From the NCBI GenBank assembly GCA_963785725.1, contig CAWAWS010000007.1:512001-576000 (forward strand): a stretch of 64,000 nucleotides of DNA, in the 5' to 3' direction. A program made the position numbers and the translations under genes. Positions 9,872 to 20,248 of this stretch are shown here, piece after piece; the first letter of the stretch is position 1, and each line of letters opens with the position of its first letter. The DNA comes from an uncultured delta proteobacterium (lineage in GTDB: Bacteria; Myxococcota_A; Polyangia; Palsa-1104). The notes under the pieces are model-generated. The model worked only from the letters and a program-made list of their open reading frames with translations, ran no database searches and was not told where the DNA came from.

Positions 9872-11964
9872 TGGCTCTGGTCGTCCTTGACGTGAACGGT
9901 GATCTCTTGTTTGCCCTGCATGACGCCGCGCATGGGCACGACGAAGCGGGCGGCGCGCTTGAACGTGTCGGCGCGACGCGTGGAGGCGCCCGGCCGCAGC
10001 GTATCGATGACGGAGCCGGGCAGATCGGGGATGACGCTGCCGCGGAGGGTGACGCCTTCGTCGGGCGTCTCCAGGCCGACGACGATGGAGTCGGCGGGGT
10101 AGCCTTTGCGCAAGTTGTCGATGAGGCCGCCCAAGCTCTCGGGCGGCGCGACGTCGGGGTGCGCGAGGCTGCCGGCGGTGACGACGACCTTGACCGACTG
10201 CCCGGCGAGCGCGCGCGGCACTTCGAGCGGGATGGCGCGGACGTATTCCTGGCCGGCGTAGGGGCGCAAGGTGACGTAGAGGTTGGGGCGCGAGCCGGGC
10301 ACGAGGTCGTCGGAGTTGAGCGCCACGCCGACGATCTCCGAGACCTCCGCCTTGTAGTCGACGTCGACGTCGATGTCGATGCGGTCGAGGTTGGCGGGCG
10401 CGAACGGGTTGAAGAGGATGTCGCCGATCGCCTTCAAGCCCGACGCCGACGCCAGCGTGCGCGTCGAGACGCCGTCGGGCGAGTAGACGTGATCGATGAG
10501 CACGAGCGGTTTGTAGCCGCGCACGGCCAGGTTCGAGCGCACCGTGATGGTGGCGTCGGCGACGTCGCTGGCCGCGTTCTGCGCGGCGTTGGCGACGACG
10601 GTCGAGGCCAGCATCGGCGTCAGGAAGCGGTGGCGCACCACCTCGAAGTGGAAGTCCTGCTCGGCGCGACCGGGCCCGCCGACTTTGACGTGCACGGGGA
10701 TCATGTCGGCGCGCTGCGACGTGTCGCCGATGATGCCGGCCTGGCGATCTTGCACCAGCGAGCCGATCTCGTTCAGCGGCGACGCCATCTTGAACGACGA
10801 CGACAGCGCCGACATGAACGTGTGAATCTCGGCGGTGGCGATCGGCAGATAAATCTCGCCGACGTTGAACATCGGATGGCCGAAGGCGAGCACTTTGTCG
10901 CCTTCGACGGCGGTGACGGTGCCGGTGCCGGCGGCGCTGACGTCGCCGCGGATGAGCTGCACGGCGATGGATCCGCCGTTCTCGAACGCTTTCGGCCCGC
11001 TGCCGTCGCCGCTGCCGGAGCCGCCGGCCTGCAGCGGCACCATATGGAACGGCTCGAAGACGCGCGTCAGCTCGGCGAACGCGGCGGCGCCGACGCCGGC
11101 CAGCGACAGCGGCACCGACGCGCGCACCAGGCGCGGCTCGGCGCCTTCGGGCAGCGCCGGCAGCGGCAGGCGCGCCAACAGCGGCGAGCGATCGTTCACC
11201 GGATCGCGGCCGTCGCCGATGGCCTCCGCCAAGCTGCGCCGCGCCGACGCCGTAAATTGTGCATTCGCGTCATTACGTTGTGCGAATGCACCATCACGTT
11301 GTGCGATTGCATCATTATGTTGTGCGTTTGCACCAACTTCGCCACCGCGACGACGATATTGCGGATCATTGGCCGCTTCGGCGACGGGCGTGCTCGACCG
11401 GCCGCGCAGCGGGCGCTTCAGGTCCGCCATCATCGTCTCGATGGGCGTGACGCCGGCGATGGGATCCTTCGCGAAGTGCCAGCCATAGCTGAGCGCGCCG
11501 GCCAGGCGGCCTTCGAAGTAGATGGGCGAGCCCGACATGCCGGCGACGATGCCCGAGTGCAACAGGCGCGGATCGTCGGACTGCACGAGGATGATGTCCT
11601 GCTTGGGCAGGAAGTTGTGCAGCACGCTGATGACAGTGACGTCGAAGCGCTCGGGCTTCGTGCCTTTGAACACCGTCAGGCCGTAGCCTTTCATGCCGGC
11701 GCGGACTTCGGATAACGGCATGTAGTTGCCGTGGCGGACGGCGGCAGGCGTGACGATGGGCGCGTTGCCGCGCGCCGGCAGCGACCCGGGAGCGGCGGTC
11801 GTCGGCGACGTCGTGGGCGTGATGGTCATCGGAGCGCCGGTCGTCGCCGAAGCCGGGGCGACCGCGCTGCTCGTGTTCGGTGCGGCACCGGCGACGGAGG
11901 CGATCAGAGCCGCGGCTGCGACCGACGAGACAGGTAGCAGGCGAGCGGTCAGACGCAGGAACAT
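9868..11964 (-). CDS. SpoIVB-type peptidase S55 domain protein
   Basis: GMKGYGLTVFKG, GIVAGMSGSP, GTGTVT, AFGHPM; start inferred. Confidence 0.85.
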   Translation of the reverse strand: MFLRLTARLLPVSSVAAAALIASVAGAAPNTSSAVAPASATTGAPMTITPTTSPTTAAPGSLPARGNAPIVTPAAVRHGNYMPLSEVRAGMKGYGLTVFKGTKPERFDVTVISVLHNFLPKQDIILVQSDDPRLLHSGIVAGMSGSPIYFEGRLAGALSYGWHFAKDPIAGVTPIETMMADLKRPLRGRSSTPVAEAANDPQYRRRGGEVGANAQHNDAIAQRDGAFAQRNDANAQFTASARRSLAEAIGDGRDPVNDRSPLLARLPLPALPEGAEPRLVRASVPLSLAGVGAAAFAELTRVFEPFHMVPLQAGGSGSGDGSGPKAFENGGSIAVQLIRGDVSAAGTGTVTAVEGDKVLAFGHPMFNVGEIYLPIATAEIHTFMSALSSSFKMASPLNEIGSLVQDRQAGIIGDTSQRADMIPVHVKVGGPGRAEQDFHFEVVRHRFLTPMLASTVVANAAQNAASDVADATITVRSNLAVRGYKPLVLIDHVYSPDGVSTRTLASASGLKAIGDILFNPFAPANLDRIDIDVDVDYKAEVSEIVGVALNSDDLVPGSRPNLYVTLRPYAGQEYVRAIPLEVPRALAGQSVKVVVTAGSLAHPDVAPPESLGGLIDNLRKGYPADSIVVGLETPDEGVTLRGSVIPDLPGSVIDTLRPGASTRRADTFKRAARFVVPMRGVMQGKQEITVHVKDDQSQ
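11257..11335. repeat. 4 x 21-bp palindrome array in frame inside S55 peptidase
   Basis: 11257, 11278, 11299, 11320; encodes GANAQHNDAIAQRDGAFAQRNDANAQ. Confidence 0.9.
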
Positions 11965-12174
11965 CCCATCGAGTGTACGGGGCGTCGAACGGAGGGTCAA
12001 ACCCGGATTTGCCGACGGTGAGCGTGCGCTCGGCCACGTTTCGGGCAGACGTCTCGTCGCTGAGCCGGCAGGCGACCGGCGCGGTGGGCGCCCCGTTCAC
12101 ACCCTCCGCGACGCGCGTCGTCATGCGTCATCCGCGACGGAGACCGTTGAAATTGCAGCGCCCGATGAAGCTTG

Positions 12175-12236
12175 TTGTGCATTTGCATAATAAATGATGC
12201 GAGCGCACAATTCACTGCTGATGTGCGTTCGCATCA
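12175..12236. repeat. Three intergenic 16-bp palindromes
   Basis: 12175 TTGTGCATTTGCATAA, 12195 TGATGCGAGCGCACAA, 12221 ATGTGCGTTCGCATCA. Confidence 0.8.
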
Positions 12237-12471
12237 CGAATCCGGTGGCTCGGTGGAGGTCGCCTCAGGCGCGGACGGTAGGCGGCCTGAGAAAAAGCGC
12301 GCGCGCGAGAATATTGGACAGTGGTTCCCGTTATTTGAGTGTGCGGTTGGACAACTGAGGGGTCGCGCCGACATCAGGAGAACGTGGGAATTCGGTCACT
12401 TGTGATGGCGTCGACACGGTAGGGCTCCGTAGCGATTGACGGCGCGCGCCGTGCGGGGATACCCTTCGCGC

Positions 12472-12912
12472 ATGAAGTCTTTGTGGTGCGCCGGCATCAT
12501 GTTTTGTTGTGCAGTTGCGTCATCAGGCTGTGGCGGAAGCTCGGCGACGTCGTCCACCAAGGACGTCATCGGCAGCTACATGGTCATGATCACGAACACC
12601 GACGTCAATCGCACCGACTCCGACGTCATGACGGTAGCGCCGGGCAGCGGCGGCGACATCTTGCTGACGTTCGTCGCCGGCATCACGACCGATATTTCCG
12701 GCCCGAACCCGGACGGGTTGCGCGGGACGATCAAAGCGACCGAAGTGACGGTGGCGTCGCAGCCGGCGCACGTCGATCACTCGACGGGCAACCTCGACGG
12801 GACGATCAGCGGAACGGGCACGTTCAAGACTGACGGCGTCGACCTGAAGATGATGTTCGAGCCGGCCGGCGGCACGGCGATGTCGTTCGAGATCACCGGC
12901 ACCCACCTGTAA
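12472..12912 (+). CDS. Putative lipoprotein
   Basis: Signal peptide ending SSG-C followed by GGSS linker and beta-rich domain. Confidence 0.7.
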   Translation: MKSLWCAGIMFCCAVASSGCGGSSATSSTKDVIGSYMVMITNTDVNRTDSDVMTVAPGSGGDILLTFVAGITTDISGPNPDGLRGTIKATEVTVASQPAHVDHSTGNLDGTISGTGTFKTDGVDLKMMFEPAGGTAMSFEITGTHL

Positions 12913-13038
12913 TCGTCCCGCGCGCCGCCGCGACGGCGGACGGCTTCATTCGCAGAATTACCGCTTTTTAGTCCCCCCAAAAAACGCTCCTCTCGCTCGA
13001 TCATCGCGGCTCGTCGAGCGATCGATAAGGCGACACTC

Positions 13039-13189
13039 AGCGATGGCGCTTGGCGGTTGCCGCGCGGTCAAGCGATCGGATCGAGCAGGCGAGCCTTAGC
13101 GATGGCGCTTGGTGGTTTCCGCGAGGTCGTGCGATCGGAGCGATCAGCCGAGCCTTAGCGATGGCGCTTGGTGATTTCCGCGAGGTCGT
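13039..13189. repeat. About 2.6 copies of a 59-bp tandem repeat
   Basis: AGCGATGGCGCTTGG starts at 13039, 13098, 13157. Confidence 0.85.
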
Positions 13190-13269
13190 AAGCATTTCGG
13201 CGCAGTTGTTCGCCGAGGCCGGCCGCAGACATTGTCGCTCGCGCGGCGCGGCCAGCAGTCGCGGTCGGG

Positions 13270-14064
13270 TTACGGCACGAGGACGGTGCCGACGCTGCCG
13301 GGCTCTCCGACGGCGCGCGCGACGTCGCGCGAGACGATGTAGATGGCGCGCGCGCCGGCTTCCAACGCCGCGAACGACTCCTCCAGCTTCGGGATCATTC
13401 CGCCCGACACCGTGCCGTCGGCGATGGCGCGCTTGCCGTCGGCGACGGTCAGCCGCGGGATGCGCGACGCCGGGTCCTGAATGTCGCGCAAGACGCCCGG
13501 CGCGCCGGTGACGAGCACGAGCGCGTCCGCCCGCAGCGCGCCGGCGAGCTGGTTGGCGACGATGTCGGCGTTGATGTTGTAGACCGCGCCGTCGCTGCCG
13601 TGGCCGAGGCAGGCCACGACCGGCACGTAGCCATCGTCGAGAACGCGCGCCAGCAGCGCCAGATCGAAGTCGTCGACATCGCCGACGTGACCGAAGTCGA
13701 TCGGATCGGGCCCGCAGCCGGAAACGACCCGTGGCGGCCTCTTGTGCGCTCGCACAATATCGTGGAGCCCCACCGGCTTCAGCCCCGCGGCACGCAGCTG
13801 CGTGCACAGGTCGACGTTCACCTGGCCGGCGATGACCATCTTCATGACGTCGAGCGTGGCGGCGTCGGTGATGCGGCGGCCGCCGACGATGCGCGACTCG
13901 ATGCCCAGCCTCTTCGACAGCGCCGTCGCTTGCGGGCCGCCGCCGTGGCTGACGACGACGCGGCGGCCGCCGTCGACGAGCGTGCGCAGGTCGCGCGCCA
14001 GCGGCGCCATCTCCGCGCCGCCGACGACCTCGCCGCCGAGTTTGACGACGATCGTTTCACTCAT
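13270..14064 (-). CDS. argB: Acetylglutamate kinase
   Basis: VVKLGG, SHGGGPQ, GRRITD, NINAD, GGMIPK. Confidence 0.92.
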   Translation of the reverse strand: MSETIVVKLGGEVVGGAEMAPLARDLRTLVDGGRRVVVSHGGGPQATALSKRLGIESRIVGGRRITDAATLDVMKMVIAGQVNVDLCTQLRAAGLKPVGLHDIVRAHKRPPRVVSGCGPDPIDFGHVGDVDDFDLALLARVLDDGYVPVVACLGHGSDGAVYNINADIVANQLAGALRADALVLVTGAPGVLRDIQDPASRIPRLTVADGKRAIADGTVSGGMIPKLEESFAALEAGARAIYIVSRDVARAVGEPGSVGTVLVP

Positions 14065-14087
14065 GGCTCATCCCATCGTGGAGGTCA

Positions 14088-14145
14088 TGGTGCAGTTGCA
14101 TAATTATATGGTGCAAATGCGTAATTGCATGATGCAAATGCACAA
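14088..14145. repeat. 3 x 21-bp palindrome array between argC and argB
   Basis: 14088, 14109, 14130; abuts the argC stop codon. Confidence 0.9.
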
Positions 14146-15210
14146 TTACGGCCACGAGCCGGGATCTTCGAGCGTCAGCTTCTCGTCGAGGCCGAGCATG
14201 ATGTTCATGCTCTGGATGGCCTGGCCGGCGCCGCCCTTGATGAGGTTGTCGAGGACCGAGAAACAGCTGACGAGCCGCTTGCCAGTGACCGGATCGGGCG
14301 TGTCGGAGACGGCGAAGCCGACCTCCACGAAGTTCGAGCCGGAGACGGCGGCGACCTCGGGCAGCCGCTTTTTCGGCACGCGCACGAACGGCTCGCCGCG
14401 GTAGGTCTCGGCGAACGCCGAGGCGATGGCGTCCTTGGTCGCCTTGCCGTCGACGTGGGCGAAGCAGGTGGCGAAGATGCCGCGCGGCAGCGGCGCCGAG
14501 ATCGGCACGAAGCGCAGGAGCAGGTTGCGCGCGCCCGCCGACGCCAGCGTCTCGGTGATCTCGGGGATGTGCTGGTGCTCGAGCGGCTTGTAGGTGCGCA
14601 GGTTGACCGCGCGCGTCGGATGGTGCGTCGTCGCCGTCGGCACGACGCCCGCGCCCGACGAGCCGGTGATGCCGACGACTTCGACGCCGCCTTCGAGCAG
14701 CCCGGCCTTGGCCAGCGGCAAGAGGCCGAGCTCGATGGTCGTCGCGAAACAGCCGGGCGAAGCGACGTATTTTGCCGTCTTGATGCGCTCGCGGTTGAGC
14801 TCGGGCAGTCCGTAGACGAAGGTGCCGTCGAGGAGGTGCGCCGACGGATGCGCCTGCCCGTAATATTTCTGGTAGGCGGCGGCGTCGCGCAGGCGGAAAT
14901 CGCCCGACAGATCGACGATGCGCGCGCCCGTCTTCATGATGTCGGGGACTTTGTGCGCGCTCACTTTGTGGGGCAGCCCGAGGAGCACGATATCCATCCC
15001 GCGCGCGGCCTCTTCGGGCGGCAGCTCTTCGAACTTCAGCTCGCTCAGCCCTTCGAGGTTGGGATGCGCGTCGGCGAGCGGCTCACCGACGAAGTCGACG
15101 GACGCGACGCGCTCGAGGCTCACTTGCGGGTGCAAGAGGAGGCGGCGGATCAGCTCGTTGCCGCCGTAGCCGGATCCGCCGATGATGGCGGCCTTGAATC
15201 GCTTGGTCAT
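14146..15210 (-). CDS. argC: N-acetyl-gamma-glutamyl-phosphate reductase
   Basis: GGSGYGG, DLSGDFR, YGLPEL, SPGCF, HQHIPEI, DNLIKGGAGQA. Confidence 0.95.
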   Translation of the reverse strand: MTKRFKAAIIGGSGYGGNELIRRLLLHPQVSLERVASVDFVGEPLADAHPNLEGLSELKFEELPPEEAARGMDIVLLGLPHKVSAHKVPDIMKTGARIVDLSGDFRLRDAAAYQKYYGQAHPSAHLLDGTFVYGLPELNRERIKTAKYVASPGCFATTIELGLLPLAKAGLLEGGVEVVGITGSSGAGVVPTATTHHPTRAVNLRTYKPLEHQHIPEITETLASAGARNLLLRFVPISAPLPRGIFATCFAHVDGKATKDAIASAFAETYRGEPFVRVPKKRLPEVAAVSGSNFVEVGFAVSDTPDPVTGKRLVSCFSVLDNLIKGGAGQAIQSMNIMLGLDEKLTLEDPGSWP

Positions 15211-15263
15211 GCGGAAGATCTAGCGGGATCGGCTCGCGATGTCCATCGACCGGCCGGATTCTA

Positions 15264-15352
15264 TGGTGCAAATGCATCATGACGCGGGCGCGGCTCCGTG
15301 GCGTCGCTGGAGATATTGTGCATATGCGCATTATTGTTGTGCATATGCATCA
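15264..15352. repeat. Three intergenic 16-bp palindromes upstream of argC
   Basis: 15264, 15316, 15337 (+21). Confidence 0.8.
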
Positions 15353-15592
15353 TGACGGTGTCGACAGCGGAGTGGGAGTTGGCGACGCCGGGCGGGCGCG
15401 CGGTGCGCGTCGACTATCGTCGGTGGCTCGCGCAACGTTCGCATTGTTTACCGTCGAGCCAGCCGGCGCGGATGTGTCGCGCCGATCGTCGAGGCTATTT
15501 GCAGAGCGACTGATAAAGGGCCGCTCTGCAGGAATGAACCGATTGACGTCACTGTATTCGCGCTGAGAGCCATGCCTTCGAGGAGGCGCGGC

Positions 15593-17134
15593 ATGGCAAA
15601 GACGAACGGCAGCGGCGGTCAGCGCAAGCCGAACATCGTGTTCATCATGGGCGACGACATCGGGTGGTTCAACGTCGGCGCCTACCATCGCGGCATGATG
15701 GCCGGGCGAACGCCGAATATCGACAAGCTGGCCGCCCAAGGCGTGATCTTCACGGACTATTACGCCGAAGCGAGCTGCACCGCCGGGCGCGCCAACTTCG
15801 TCACCGGGCAGCTGCCCATCCGCACCGGGCTGACCACGGTCGGCCAGGCCGGCGCCAAGCTCGGCATGCCGGCGGATGCGCCCACCATCGCCACTGCGCT
15901 CAAAGAGCTGGGCTACGCCACCGGCCAGTTCGGCAAGAACCACTTCGGCGACCTCAACGAGTACCTTCCCACCGTCCACGGCTTCGACGAGTTCTGGGGC
16001 TACCTTTATCACTTGGACGCGATGGAGGACCCAGAGCATCCGAACTACCCGGCCGCGCTCAAGGACAAGATCGGCCCGCGCAACCTGCTTCATTGCTGGG
16101 CCACCGATCGCGACGACGGGACGATCGATCCGCGCTGGGGCAAGGTGGGCAAGCAGCGCATCGAGGACGCCGGCGAGCTCTACTCGAAGCGGATGGAGAC
16201 GGTCGACGACGAGATCCTCGCGCACATGTTCCAATTCATCGACGAGGCCCACGGCGCGGGCAAGCCCTTCTTCTGCTACCACAACCCGACGCGCATGCAC
16301 GTCGTCACGCACCTCGCCGACAAGTACCAGAAGATGCGTAATTCCGAGAATGGCTGGAGCATTTACGAAGCCGGCATGGCGCAGCTCGATGACCTGGTCG
16401 GCGCGGTGATGCAGAAGCTCGACGACTTGGGCGTCGCCGACAACACCATCCTCGTGTTCACCACTGACAACGGCGCCGAGAACTTCACCTGGCCCGATGG
16501 CGGGCAGACGCCCTTTGCCGGCGCCAAGGGCACCGTGCTCGAAGGCGGCTTCCGCGTGCCCTGCGTGGCGCGCTGGCCGGGTCACATTCCTGCGGGCAAG
16601 GTCGAGAACGGGATCATCTCCGGGCTCGACTGGTTCCCCACCATCGTCGCGGCGGCGGGCAACCCCAACATCGTCGAAGAGCTGAAGCAGGAGCGTGAGC
16701 TCAACGGCCGGCGCTACAAAGTGCACCTCGACGGCTACGACCAGCGCGAGTTCCTGGCCGGCAAGAAGCCGTCCGCGCGCCACGAAATCTACTACTTCGC
16801 CGAGGCGACGCTCGGGGCGATTCGGATCAATGACTACAAGTATCGCTTCATCGATCAGCCGACCGGCTGGATGGGCGGCACGGTGAAGGTCGATTGGCCG
16901 CTCCTGGTCAACCTGCGCCTCGACCCGTTCGAGCGCACGGGCATGGGGCAATCGATCGAGCAGGCCGAGTGGTTCAAGTTCGAGTTCTGGCGGTTCGTCT
17001 TCGTGCAGGACGTCGTGGCCAGGTTCGCCGAGAGCTTCATCCAATTTCCGCCGTCGCAGAAACCGAGCACGTTCAACCTCGACGCCATCAAGGAACAGGT
17101 CCAGCGCGCCCAGCATTCGCACGCTGGGGCGTGA
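15593..17134 (+). CDS. Arylsulfatase (formylglycine-dependent)
   Basis: KPNIVFIMGDD, SCTAGRA (CxxxR), GKNH, TDNG; AGGAGG RBS. Confidence 0.92.
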   Translation: MAKTNGSGGQRKPNIVFIMGDDIGWFNVGAYHRGMMAGRTPNIDKLAAQGVIFTDYYAEASCTAGRANFVTGQLPIRTGLTTVGQAGAKLGMPADAPTIATALKELGYATGQFGKNHFGDLNEYLPTVHGFDEFWGYLYHLDAMEDPEHPNYPAALKDKIGPRNLLHCWATDRDDGTIDPRWGKVGKQRIEDAGELYSKRMETVDDEILAHMFQFIDEAHGAGKPFFCYHNPTRMHVVTHLADKYQKMRNSENGWSIYEAGMAQLDDLVGAVMQKLDDLGVADNTILVFTTDNGAENFTWPDGGQTPFAGAKGTVLEGGFRVPCVARWPGHIPAGKVENGIISGLDWFPTIVAAAGNPNIVEELKQERELNGRRYKVHLDGYDQREFLAGKKPSARHEIYYFAEATLGAIRINDYKYRFIDQPTGWMGGTVKVDWPLLVNLRLDPFERTGMGQSIEQAEWFKFEFWRFVFVQDVVARFAESFIQFPPSQKPSTFNLDAIKEQVQRAQHSHAGA

Positions 17135-17363
17135 TCAGCCCGCCGCGCCTTCCGTGTCCGTTCGACGAGACGCTCGCTTCTACGCCAGGGTACGATCAAA
17201 GCCTTCGCAGACATCATTCGATCAGATCGTCGGGAGATTCTGCGGCGCGTAGTCGCGGCTGCGGCGCACCGTCGGCACGTCGCGACAGACCGGCGACGCA
17301 GTGCGGTTGCGAACCCGCAGCGATCGCGTCGCCAGCTCGGCCCGCATGCAGTAAAGTCGCGCC

Positions 17364-17942
17364 ATGCGAATCTGCGTCTTCTGCGGCGCCAACGCCGGCC
17401 GCTCGCCCGCTTACGCCGCCGCCGCCCGCGACCTCGGCGCGCTCCTCGCCAGCCGCGGCATCGGCCTCGTCTACGGCGGCGGCAACGTCGGCCTCATGGG
17501 CATCGTCGCCGACGCCGCGCTCGCCGGCGGCGGCGAAGTCATCGGCGTCATTCCGGGCGCGCTCGTCGAGCGCGAGCTGGCGCATCGCGGTCTCACCGAG
17601 CTGCGCATCACGCCCTCGATGCACGAACGCAAGCAGCTCATGCACGACCTCTCCGACGCCTTCATCGCGCTGCCCGGCGGCTTCGGCACGCTCGACGAGC
17701 TCTTCGAAACGCTGACCTGGGCCCAGCTCGGCGTACACGACAAACCGATGGGCCTGCTCGACGTCGAAGGCTTCTGGCAACCGCTCGTGCGCTTCATCGA
17801 AGTGCAGGTCGCCGCCGAGCTCGTCCGCCCGCAGTACGCCGCGATGCTGCTGCACGCCAATTCCGCGGTCGACCTACTGACAGCGTTCGAATCCTATCGC
17901 CCGCCGACGCTCACGAAATGGGCCACCCGCGACCAAACGTGA
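17364..17942 (+). CDS. LOG-family nucleotide phosphoribohydrolase
   Basis: LVYGGG, MHERK, PGGFGTLDE. Confidence 0.92.
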   Translation: MRICVFCGANAGRSPAYAAAARDLGALLASRGIGLVYGGGNVGLMGIVADAALAGGGEVIGVIPGALVERELAHRGLTELRITPSMHERKQLMHDLSDAFIALPGGFGTLDELFETLTWAQLGVHDKPMGLLDVEGFWQPLVRFIEVQVAAELVRPQYAAMLLHANSAVDLLTAFESYRPPTLTKWATRDQT

Positions 17943-18168
17943 TGGTGCATCTGCACAATCGAATGTGCGGCTCTAAAATCGCACCTGCAGAATTGGTCTT
18001 GGCAGCGGTATCGAATCTATTGTTTCGACGAGTCCGTTCGACCAGACGCGTCTTGCCGAACGGACTCGCTACTTCACGAGCGCCACTGCGCCTTCATCGG
18101 GCTCCGAGCTCGAATCGCTCCGGCAGCGAGTGACCTGCCGGGGCGCCGCGTCGTGCCGGGACGGCCTT

Positions 18169-19210
18169 TCAGGCGTGCGCCACAGCGCCGTGCTTCTCCG
18201 TCCCGGCTTTCCCGGCCTCGCTAGCCGCCCGATACCACGCCACCACATCCCGCGCGGTCTCGTCGAACGGCCGGAACCGAACGTCGAGCTCGCGCTCCGC
18301 CCGCGCCGAGGTTGCGCGGGCGGGGTTGTTCATCGACTTCAGCGCCATCCGAGTCATCAACGCCGGCCGGCCGGAGATGCGTGACCATGCTTCGCTCGCG
18401 CAGGCGAACGCGAATGCGAGGGAATACGGTAGGTCGCATCCGCGGCCCGGGGATCCCGCTCACTCGTTCGAGCGCCGACAGCATCTCGGCGATCGACATC
18501 GTCGGCCCCGCGATCAGAAAACGCGCGCCGTGCTTCGCGCGTTCGGCGGCGCGAATCATTCCCTTCGCGACGTCGCGCGCGTCGACCACGTTCGCCCCGC
18601 CCGGCGGGATCGCGGGCACTTTGCGGGCGAGAAAGTCCTGCGCGAGCTGCCCCGAGCCGGTCGGAGCCGCGTCGCCCGGGCCCCACATCCAGCCGGGAAG
18701 AATCTCGATGATCGCCATCCCTCTCTTCGGCGCGAACGCATGGATTTGCGCGTCGCCGTCCACCTTGCTCCGGAAGTACAGATTCTCTCGCGCGATCGGA
18801 GGGGCCTGCGTGTCCTCGTCCCCGGGCGAGCCGTCGGGCTTCGAGCCGATCGTTCCACTCGAGCTCGTGTGCACGAACGTGCGAACGCCCACATCATCCG
18901 CGAGCGCCATGAGCGCCAGAGTGCCGCGGACGTTCACCGCCGCGAGCGCCTCGGCGTGGTCGCCCGGCTGGTAATACTCGCGGAAGTACGCCGCGGTGTG
19001 GAACACCGCGTCGCACCCGCCGAGAGCCGGCGCGAAGGCTTCCGGGCTCCGCATGTCTCCGACGAGCCACGTAGCCCCCGTACCGTCGAGCAGGCGGCGC
19101 GCCTTGGCGTCCGACCGCACGAGCCCGACGACCTCGTGTCCCTCGGCCCGAAGCGCGCGCACGAGATTATTTCCGAGCAGCCCGGTCGCTCCAGTCACGA
19201 ATGCTTTCAT
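18169..19210 (-). CDS. NAD-dependent epimerase/dehydratase (dihydroflavonol reductase-like), frameshift near 18430
   Basis: TGATGLLG, FHTAA, YFRSK, DARDVA; C-terminus SARAERELDVRFRP in another frame. Confidence 0.8.
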
Positions 19211-19269
19211 ACGGGTTAATATGTGACGGATCCTTCGGGTTTCCATTCGCATTCCAAGCGAGAGGACCT

Positions 19270-19932
19270 ATGCATTCGTTTCAGCCGAGAAAGAAGCCGA
19301 TCCAGGAGCGCTCGAAGGCCACGGTCGAGGCCATTCTGGAGGGGACGATTCGGGTCTTGCTCGACGAGGGGTTCGAGACGCTGACCACGACGCGCGTGGC
19401 GAAGGTCGCCGGAGTGGGCGTCGGGACGCTCTACCAGTACTTCCCGGCGAAGGAGTCGCTCCTGTTCGCCCTCCTCGAGCGCGAAATGACGACGCTCGAG
19501 ACGGAGCTGCTCGGGACGCTCGTGGCGACGGAGAGCCAATCGCTCGAAGCGCGCATTACCGCGACGATCGACGCTCTCGTGCGCCACAAGAAGGCGCACG
19601 CCGAGCTCAGCGTGGTGCTGCAGGCCCACATGCCGCGCTTCAATGGGATCCGGGTCGTCCGCGCGACAGTGCGCCGGATCGTCTCCGCCTTCGCCGTCGT
19701 GATCCGTCCGAGCTTGGCAGCGCGGATGGACGACGCAGAAGTGCAGCTCGTCGCGATGATGATCGCAACCGCAGTCCAGGGGGCGATCGACGGCGCCCTC
19801 AATCTCTCCGCGGCGACCCTCCGGCGCCCAGCGTTTCGGGACGCGCTCGTTCACCTCGTCCTCGGCTATCTCCGCGAGTCGGGGGCGAAGCTTCCGCCCC
19901 GGCTCCGCACGCGCGTCCGTCTCCGGTCGTGA
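19270..19932 (+). CDS. TetR-family regulator divergent from epimerase
   Basis: PRKKPIQERS, TTTRVAKVAGVGVGTLYQYFPAKE. Confidence 0.9.
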   Translation: MHSFQPRKKPIQERSKATVEAILEGTIRVLLDEGFETLTTTRVAKVAGVGVGTLYQYFPAKESLLFALLEREMTTLETELLGTLVATESQSLEARITATIDALVRHKKAHAELSVVLQAHMPRFNGIRVVRATVRRIVSAFAVVIRPSLAARMDDAEVQLVAMMIATAVQGAIDGALNLSAATLRRPAFRDALVHLVLGYLRESGAKLPPRLRTRVRLRS

Positions 19933-20248
19933 AAGCGACCGACCGACGTGACCATGCCCGTCCTTGAACGTTGTAGCCGTCGACAAGACGCGTAAGTTGG
20001 GTTTCCGGCCAAGGTCGGTGGAACTCCGGCGCTGACGCTCGGCAAGACGCGCGTCGTCGAACGGATTCGTTTCGACGGCTTGGAAGGGCAGAGCAAACAG
20101 CGACTGCGGGCATGACGCATCGGATCAATGTCACTCTGACCCACTTTGCGTCCGATGGACCGCTGGCGACGATGACGATCGATAACGGTGAACCAAGGCT
20201 CAGTCGATATCGTTACGACGCCTGGATTTACCTACGTACTGCGCTCGC

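Noticed and set aside
7709..17122. Long antisense ORFs such as 7709-9517, 9892-11715 and 15350-17122
   Set aside because: Shadow frames of real genes in high-GC DNA with no protein motifs
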